Origin: a virus
Taxonomy: Duplodnaviria > Caudoviricetes
Strand: one strand, 5' to 3'
Length of the DNA: 25,082 nucleotides
IMG/VR virus record: IMGVR_UViG_3300037307_000014
Span: 1 to 25,082 of that record
Part shown: positions 1-5,696 of the stretch, in pieces
Numbering within the stretch: the first letter of the stretch is position 1
Layout: every line of letters begins with the position of its first letter
Program-made: the position numbers and the translations under genes
The notes under the pieces: model-generated
Seen by the model: the letters and a program-made list of their open reading frames with translations, nothing else
Told to the model about the DNA's origin: nothing
Database searches by the model: none

Positions 1-320
1 TGCGTCACCATCCGATGCGGCGGGATGTCGCATCTACCTCATGAAACCGCAGATGGCGCGCTGGCTTTTGCAGTGCAGCATCCCGTGGAAAACCGCCATC
101 CCTGAAAAACACCCTCTTGCCGTGTGGGACAAATCACGCCAGTTTCTCGCGTGTCGGGTCGCTCAAAACTTGTCCTCACGCGCAAACACTGATCTGACAC
201 ATCACAGAACACAGCATTTGATCCGCTGAGTGAGCGCGCTTCAAGCGCGCACGCGAACGAAGCGGACTGGCTCAAGACACATCAACAAACACCTTCACAC
301 GCGGCGGAAATAAATTCCCA

Positions 321-866
321 ATGCCTGCAATCGTCTTCCAAGATGCAGATGACCTGCGCATCAAGTTTGAGGCGACCTGCTACCGCGTCGGAGGTGGATT
401 GGCCAAGCGCGTGTTCTCAATGGCCATGAACAAAGTTGGCAGAAAAACTTTTACCAATGTGAAAACCGCGTTGCGCGCTCAGACCAGCATCCCGGCTGGA
501 GTGGTAAATAAAAACACGAAATTCTTCACAGCGCATCCCGGCAAGCTTGAGACACGCATTGACGGCAGACGCGAATACCTTGGCCTCTCACACTTCAAGC
601 CTAAGCAGATGGCACACGGTGCAGCCGTGCATGTGTGGGGCAAGGGCATCATCTACCCTCACTCATTCGTGGTGAAGAGCCTGAGCAATAACGTCTTCCA
701 TCGCAAGGGCAAATCACGCCTGCCAATCGAAAAGATGTATGGCCCTTCTATCCACAAGGAACTCATGCAAGACATGGCGCTTGACACTTGGGAGAGGGGC
801 AATGCGCACATAGCGCAAGAGGCACAGCGTGTCCTAGGCGTCATCATGTCAGGAGCAATGCAGTGA
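321..866 (+). CDS. Phage tail-completion protein, lambda gpZ-like (prophage minor tail protein Z family)
   Basis: 181-aa basic ORF with the pattern 'AMNKVGRKTFTNVKTALRAQTSI...HSFV...VFHRKGKSRLPIEKMYGPSI', which resembles GPZ-family proteins. Located away from the tail module, just upstream of the cos-like site. Confidence 0.65.
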   Translation: MPAIVFQDADDLRIKFEATCYRVGGGLAKRVFSMAMNKVGRKTFTNVKTALRAQTSIPAGVVNKNTKFFTAHPGKLETRIDGRREYLGLSHFKPKQMAHGAAVHVWGKGIIYPHSFVVKSLSNNVFHRKGKSRLPIEKMYGPSIHKELMQDMALDTWERGNAHIAQEAQRVLGVIMSGAMQ

Positions 867-1076
867 CCACTGCACAGCATGCACACACAGCGCAGCACAC
901 ACACTGCACACAGCGCGCACACACTGCGCAGCACACACACTGCACACACACAGCACAGCACAGCATGACCACAAGGCACAGCACACACAGCACAGTGCAG
1001 CATGCACATGCACAGCACAGCGCAGCACACAGCGCAGTGCATCGGGGCAGCACAGCAGGGCAGGGCAACAGCACAC
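867..1076. repeat. CA/GCA-rich low-complexity tract (CACAG/GCAC units)
   Basis: Built mostly from CACA, CACAG, GCAC and TGCA. Exact 23-nt direct repeat GCGCAGCACACACACTGCACACA at 890-912 and 926-948; tandem CACAG at 949-963; strongly C/A-skewed + strand. Confidence 0.9.
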
Positions 1077-1095
1077 GCCGCCCCCTCCCATCCGC

Positions 1096-1170
1096 AAGGT
1101 ACCTTTTGCCATCGGGCCGGGTGCGGGGCCGCCGCCACCCGGTTTCCGCTCGTTTTTTAAGAATTTCTAA
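1096..1170 (+). other. Putative lambda-type cos packaging site (cosQ-like + cosN-like + AT-rich flank)
   Basis: GGTACCT (1098-1104) resembles lambda cosQ GGGTCCT. 21 nt later GCG|GGGCCGCCGCCA (1126-1137) matches the lambda cohesive end GGGCGGCGACCT at 8/12 positions, followed by CCCGGTTTCCGCTCGTTTTTTAAGAATTTC, similar to the lambda left-end sequence as I recall it. Inverted arms CCGGGTG (1117-1123)/CACCCGG (1136-1142). A GpA-type terminase lies downstream. Confidence 0.65.
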
Positions 1171-1204
1171 TCTGGCTTAACTTTCAAGCACTTGGGGGCA
1201 AGGC

Positions 1205-1864
1205 ATGGCAAAGAGCGCAAAAGGCACATCCGGCAAGCCATCGGATATGCCTGAAAAGATTGAGAAATGGCCGCTGGAAGACTTGGTGCCGTATGCGCGC
1301 AACGCGCGGAGGCACAGTGACTTGCAGGTGGATCAACTGGCCAAGAGCATCACGGAGTTTGGCTGGACCATCCCGGTGCTGGTGGATGAAGGCGGTGAAA
1401 TCATTGCAGGCCATGGCCGCGTGCTGGCCGCGCAGAAGCTTGGCCTCCCTGATGCGCCCGTCATCGTGGCGCGCGGCTGGACGGATGAGCGCAAGAGGGC
1501 TTACCGCATAGCGGACAATAAGCTTGCGGAGAACAGCGAGTGGGACCGTGAGTTGCTGGCGCTTGACCTCGCCGCGCTTGAGGATGCCGGTGAGAGCCTT
1601 GGCAGTCTTGGCTTTGCCGCTGATGAATTGCAGGCGCTTCTTTCCGCCAGTCCTCAACGCGGCGGCTTCCTTGATGACGTTGCCGCTGAGGACGTTGAAG
1701 AAACAATCCGCGCACAGACTAACGGCGCGGTGGTTTTGAGGTTTCACCTTGATCCCGCACAGAGGGATGAGGTGGTCTACTGGCTCAACGCGGCGCGCGA
1801 CCGCTTGAAGCTTAACACTGCCGCCGAAGCATTGGTGGCGCTTGCGCGTGAGGGGCAAAAATGA
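1205..1864 (+). CDS. ParB/Sulfiredoxin N-terminal domain protein
   Basis: 'LVPYARNARRHS..QVDQLAKSITEFGWTIPVLVDEGGEIIAGHGRVLAA...AYRIADNKLAENSEWD' is the ParB-like domain often found beside phage terminases. No methyltransferase domain follows; short helical C-terminal domain instead. Confidence 0.85.
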   Translation: MAKSAKGTSGKPSDMPEKIEKWPLEDLVPYARNARRHSDLQVDQLAKSITEFGWTIPVLVDEGGEIIAGHGRVLAAQKLGLPDAPVIVARGWTDERKRAYRIADNKLAENSEWDRELLALDLAALEDAGESLGSLGFAADELQALLSASPQRGGFLDDVAAEDVEETIRAQTNGAVVLRFHLDPAQRDEVVYWLNAARDRLKLNTAAEALVALAREGQK

Positions 1865-2571
1865 CCGCAGCACTTATTCAGGATCTTCGACATGGCCTCA
1901 TGGCTGACTTTTCGGAGATTGACTTCCCGTCCATGGTCTATGGTTTCAAGGACGGAGAACTTGTCATTGACAGGCAAGGGACAGCGTTTGGTTATGTGTG
2001 GAACGGTGAGGCGCGCGTGGTCGCGGATGGTCGGGAGCATATGCTGCCCAAAGGCTCCTTCTTCTCACTGCCATCCGCCTTTGAGTTCAGGCTTGTGGGC
2101 GGTATCGGGTTTATCGCATACCGCCTTGGGTATCTTGGTCTTACACTGACAGGCCGCCACACGGAGGTGGCGGGCCGCCTCAAGTACATAGACGGGTGCA
2201 GTGACACGCTCCTGATCGCACCGCCGCTCAAGGGTGATCCCTGTTTCAACTTCCTGCACTTCCCGCGTGGCATCAACCAGACCAAGCACACGCATCCGTC
2301 AATCCGCGCGGGCCTCATTCACAGCGGCGCGGGCTGGTGCAATACGGCATCGGGCCGTGAGGAATTGAGCGTTGGGAAAATGTTCATCCTCTACCCTGAT
2401 GCCATCCACGGCTTTGAGACGGATGAAAGCAGCATGTCTCTCACCGTCTTCCATCCTGACAGTGACTTTGGGCCTACGCATGAGGAACACCCCATGCTGA
2501 ACAGGACCATTGTTGACGGCGTGTCGGCCAAGGACATTCCGATCATCCGCACACAGACCATCTTTGAATGA
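1861..2571 (+). CDS. Cupin-fold (double-stranded beta-helix) metal-binding protein
   Basis: Cupin motif 1 'FLHFPRGINQTKHTHPSIRAGLIHSGAG' and motif 2 'GKMFILYPDAIHGF'; the N-terminal half looks like a degenerate second cupin. ATGA overlap with the upstream gene. Confidence 0.75.
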   Translation: MTAALIQDLRHGLMADFSEIDFPSMVYGFKDGELVIDRQGTAFGYVWNGEARVVADGREHMLPKGSFFSLPSAFEFRLVGGIGFIAYRLGYLGLTLTGRHTEVAGRLKYIDGCSDTLLIAPPLKGDPCFNFLHFPRGINQTKHTHPSIRAGLIHSGAGWCNTASGREELSVGKMFILYPDAIHGFETDESSMSLTVFHPDSDFGPTHEEHPMLNRTIVDGVSAKDIPIIRTQTIFE

Positions 2572-3827
2572 CCAACAGCTACAGCGGCGATGCGCTGGTA
2601 GCTTCCGTCAGCAAGGGGCGCATCAGGAAAAAGAAGGCCGTGGAAACGGATGTGTTCACGCTTGCGCGTGAGCGCGTGCGGGAAGCGTACAAGCTGTTTG
2701 ACACGGTGGCCGTGTCTTTCAGCGGCGGCAAGGACAGCACGGCGGTCCTCAACTTAGCCATTGAGGCCGCGCGGGACTTGGGGCGCGGCCCGGTCCCGGC
2801 CTTCTTCTACGATGAGGAAGCCATATCGTATGAGACGGTTGACTATGTGCGCCGCGTTGCACAGTCGGATGACGTTGACCTGTCTTGGTATTGCCTGCCT
2901 ATCAAGCACCGCAACGCATGCACAAGAAAACATCCCTATTGGTTTCCGTGGGCTCCGGAGGATGAGGCAAAGTGGGTGCGCCCGTTGCCGCCAGAGGCGA
3001 TCACTTGGGACATGGTGCCGGGCTTCCCGGCTGAGCCTAGCAGGCGGCCCACGTTGCCGGACAGCGTGGGCTTGCTGTTTGATCCGCGCAAGTATGGGCG
3101 CGTCGGGATGCTCATGGGCATCCGCGCCAATGAAAGCATCACGCGGATGCGCGCCATCCTCATGTCCAGTCAGGACACGCGGCCTTACATCAGGCCATGG
3201 GAAGACGGCTACGCGCAAGGCAACTTGAACAAGGTCTATCCCATCTACGACTGGAACACCGTGGATGTGTGGACCGCGCCCGCCAAGTTTGGGTGGGACT
3301 ATAACACCTCCTATGACATCATGGAGGCGGCGGGCATCAGCCACAATGAGCAGCGGTGCGCGCCTCCCTATGGTGAGGAACCGTTGCGTGGCTTGTGGAT
3401 GTACGCCACTTGCTTCCCTGATATTTGGGACAAGATGCAGCATCGTGTGCCGGGCGCGGCCACTGCCGCGCGCTACAGTCAGACGGAGTTGTATAGCTAC
3501 CACGGCGCGCCGGACAAGCCCAAGGGCATGTCGTGGCCGGACTTCATACGCTCATGGATCGACAAGCATCCGCCAGAGCAGCGCGGTGGCGTTGCTGCGC
3601 GCGTGAAGCGGTGGATCAATACGCATTACAAAAAGACGCATGAGCCGCTTGCGGTCCGTGCGGCGCATCCACTTACGGGCCTGTCATGGACCTTTGTTCT
3701 CAACATCGCTGTGCGCGGCGATTACAAGGACAGGCGGCAGGTCAACATCAGGCCGGAAGATTGGGACAAGAACCGCGTGCGCTATGATGCGGAGATAGCG
3801 CGCATGAGGGCTGAGGGCGAACTGTGA
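2568..3827 (+). CDS. PAPS-reductase-like PP-loop protein, IbrA/YbdN (DUF3440) type
   Basis: PP-loop 'VSFSGGKDS', 'FYDEEA', 'WYCLP..HRNA', 'GIRANESITR', 'YPIYDWNTVDVW', 'QRCAPPYGEEP', 'RVPGA'. ATGA overlap with the cupin gene; an IbrB-like gene lies downstream. Confidence 0.85.
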   Translation: MTNSYSGDALVASVSKGRIRKKKAVETDVFTLARERVREAYKLFDTVAVSFSGGKDSTAVLNLAIEAARDLGRGPVPAFFYDEEAISYETVDYVRRVAQSDDVDLSWYCLPIKHRNACTRKHPYWFPWAPEDEAKWVRPLPPEAITWDMVPGFPAEPSRRPTLPDSVGLLFDPRKYGRVGMLMGIRANESITRMRAILMSSQDTRPYIRPWEDGYAQGNLNKVYPIYDWNTVDVWTAPAKFGWDYNTSYDIMEAAGISHNEQRCAPPYGEEPLRGLWMYATCFPDIWDKMQHRVPGAATAARYSQTELYSYHGAPDKPKGMSWPDFIRSWIDKHPPEQRGGVAARVKRWINTHYKKTHEPLAVRAAHPLTGLSWTFVLNIAVRGDYKDRRQVNIRPEDWDKNRVRYDAEIARMRAEGEL

Positions 3828-4522
3828 TCCTTGACAGTGGTGCAAGGGAGCGCCCGGAAATCATGGCCGCCATGGAGCGTGACGCCGTGGCCGCCGTGCG
3901 CTTTGCAGTGACGCGCTCTGGCGGCAAGGGCCTGATCGCTTTCAGCGGCGGGAAGGATGCGCTGGTGGCCGCGCACATTGCGCAACGCGCTGGCGTCAAC
4001 GATGCAGTGTGTGAGGTTTCATTCTACTTTCCGAAGCAGCTTGCCAGCATCAAGCAGATTGCAAGCGGTATGGGCCTCAACGTGACATACTTGGACAGCC
4101 TCAGCGCTGACTGGCTGAGGCGGAACAGGCACGTTGTGTTCTCCACGGATGGCAAGGTGCGCGGATGGTCATTTGCGCAGCGCCAGCAGAAGACCGTGAA
4201 GCGCCACGCCAAAAAGGTTGGCGCAACGTGCTGCATCTTCGGGCGGCGCACGGAAGAAAACAGCGTGCCTGCCATAACCTACACGACCAAGGATGGTTGG
4301 CAGTGTCATCCGCTGCGCAATTGGCAGACGCACCACATTTGGACCTATATATCCGCACACGGACTATCTGTGCCGTGGATATACAGGACCAAGTTCGGTG
4401 AGTATGAAGGCAACGCGCCGTTCTACACGCTCAATCCGCGCAACGTGGGCGGCGTGCAACAGGCGTGGTCACTGGTAAGGGAACTTGAGCCGACATTCAC
4501 ACCTGAACGCTTTGGACTATAG
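3824..4522 (+). CDS. Second, shorter PAPS-reductase-like (adenine nucleotide alpha-hydrolase) protein
   Basis: 'IAFSGGKDA', 'FGRRTEEN', 'HPLRNWQTHHIWTYI'. GTG start overlaps the upstream TGA; an alternative ATG lies at 3863. Confidence 0.8.
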   Translation: MILDSGARERPEIMAAMERDAVAAVRFAVTRSGGKGLIAFSGGKDALVAAHIAQRAGVNDAVCEVSFYFPKQLASIKQIASGMGLNVTYLDSLSADWLRRNRHVVFSTDGKVRGWSFAQRQQKTVKRHAKKVGATCCIFGRRTEENSVPAITYTTKDGWQCHPLRNWQTHHIWTYISAHGLSVPWIYRTKFGEYEGNAPFYTLNPRNVGGVQQAWSLVRELEPTFTPERFGL

Positions 4523-4533
4523 AGGGGCAAAAT

Positions 4534-5046
4534 ATGAAGCGTGGCATTGAACAGATGCCGCTCAACGTGGTCGAGTGGGTTGATCCCAAGACACTGAGGG
4601 CGAACAACTACAATCCAAATCACGTTGCGCCAACGGAAATGGAACTGCTTAAACTCTCCATCATGGAAGATGGATGGACGCAGCCAATAGTGGCGCGTGA
4701 TGACGGTGAGATTGTCGATGGCTTTCACCGCTACACATTGGGCAGCAAGGACCCCGATGTGATGGCGCTGACTGGTGGCCTTGTGCCAGTGGTGAGGCTG
4801 CGCGGCGCGGATGCCGCGCACCAGATGATGAGCACCATCCGGCACAATCGCGCGCGCGGGACACACAAGGTGCTGCGCATGGCTGACATTGTGCGGTCGT
4901 TGGCCAGTGAGTTCAAGCTTACCGAGGCTGAAATCATGGAACGCCTTGGCATGGAGGATGAGGAAGTTGACAGACTTCTTGATGCTGGCGGCATGGTTTC
5001 TCGCGGTCGTGCTGACGAGTTCAGCAAGGGATGGGAGCCTAACTGA
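4534..5046 (+). CDS. ParB-like protein, IbrB/YbdM type
   Basis: 'LRANNYNPNHVAPTEMELLKLSIMEDGWTQPIV...IVDGFHR...STIRHNRARGTH...LGMEDEEVDRL', the characteristic IbrB/YbdM pattern; GAGGGG RBS upstream. Confidence 0.85.
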   Translation: MKRGIEQMPLNVVEWVDPKTLRANNYNPNHVAPTEMELLKLSIMEDGWTQPIVARDDGEIVDGFHRYTLGSKDPDVMALTGGLVPVVRLRGADAAHQMMSTIRHNRARGTHKVLRMADIVRSLASEFKLTEAEIMERLGMEDEEVDRLLDAGGMVSRGRADEFSKGWEPN

Positions 5047-5696
5047 TGGCTTCCGAGACTGAACCGCACATATCAGTTGAGGTGGCGGCGCGGTTGCTTG
5101 GTGCAAGCGAAGTTGAAATCAAGAAGCTGGCCAAGCGCGGCGTGCTGCCATCCATCAAGAAAGACAAGATGCCGCTGGCCGCAACGGTGCAGCGGTATGT
5201 TGAGCATGTGCGCTTGGGCTTGATGACGATCAACGATAGCGCAGCGCTCATAGGCAAGACCAATGCGTGGGTGCATCAGTTGATCGCCGCTGGCTACATT
5301 GCGCGCCATCCAGAAGGTGGCGTGAGAGCCAAGGATGTTTATGAGGGCTACATCAAGTTCCTGACTGATGAGGAACGGCGGCAGACAAAGGTGGCCGCCG
5401 AAAGCCGTGTCAGGGATGCCCGCGCAAAGGAAATTGAACTGAGGGTTGCCGTCAAGCAGAAGGAGTTGATGCCAGTGGATGACTTGCTGGCGGTCATGTC
5501 TCAACAGGTTGCCATGTCACGCGCTGAGATTGCCGGGCTTCCGGCACGGGTGACGCGCGATGTTGAATTGCGGCGCGCGATTGAGAGAGAAGTTGATGGC
5601 TACCTCAGCAGAATGGCGGAACGGAATGAACGGGCGATCACAGCTTTACAGGCTGGCGGCGACCTTATGGAAGCCAGCGCCGAAGTTAACGCCTGA
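5046..5696 (+). CDS. Terminase small subunit (lambda Nu1-like) with two HTH-like segments
   Basis: Directly upstream of and overlapping the GpA terminase. N-terminal HTH-like motifs, then coiled coil 'ESRVRDARAKEIELRVA..QKELMPVDD...IAGLPARV' typical of Nu1-like proteins. TGATG overlap with the upstream ParB gene. Confidence 0.75.
   Translation: MASETEPHISVEVAARLLGASEVEIKKLAKRGVLPSIKKDKMPLAATVQRYVEHVRLGLMTINDSAALIGKTNAWVHQLIAAGYIARHPEGGVRAKDVYEGYIKFLTDEERRQTKVAAESRVRDARAKEIELRVAVKQKELMPVDDLLAVMSQQVAMSRAEIAGLPARVTRDVELRRAIEREVDGYLSRMAERNERAITALQAGGDLMEASAEVNA

Noticed and set aside
1-320. Short ORFs (41-229 +, 39-275 -), hairpin GATGCGGC/GTCGCATC (14-34) and imperfect CATCCC..GAAAA repeats (78-112)
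   Set aside because: No recognisable protein or RNA family; may be a late-promoter or leader region, but upstream context is missing.
867-1076. CA tract as a CRISPR array or replication iterons
   Set aside because: No constant repeat with unique spacers; only one exact 23-nt pair; no cas or rep gene nearby.
788-1180. His-rich + strand ORF and Cys-rich minus-strand ORFs (659-1138, 844-1074, 849-1112) resembling metallothioneins
   Set aside because: Several frames are open simply because the CA tract lacks stop codons; the His/Cys content follows from CAC/TGT words; they overlap the gpZ-like gene or the cos-like site and I see no convincing RBS.
2568-4522. PAPS-reductase-like genes as cysH sulfur-assimilation auxiliary metabolic genes
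   Set aside because: Both lack the C-terminal ECGLH catalytic motif, and their context is ParB-like genes and terminase.
1205-5046. ParB-like genes as a plasmid-prophage partition system
   Set aside because: No ParA ATPase in the window; the proteins match the terminase-associated and IbrB types.
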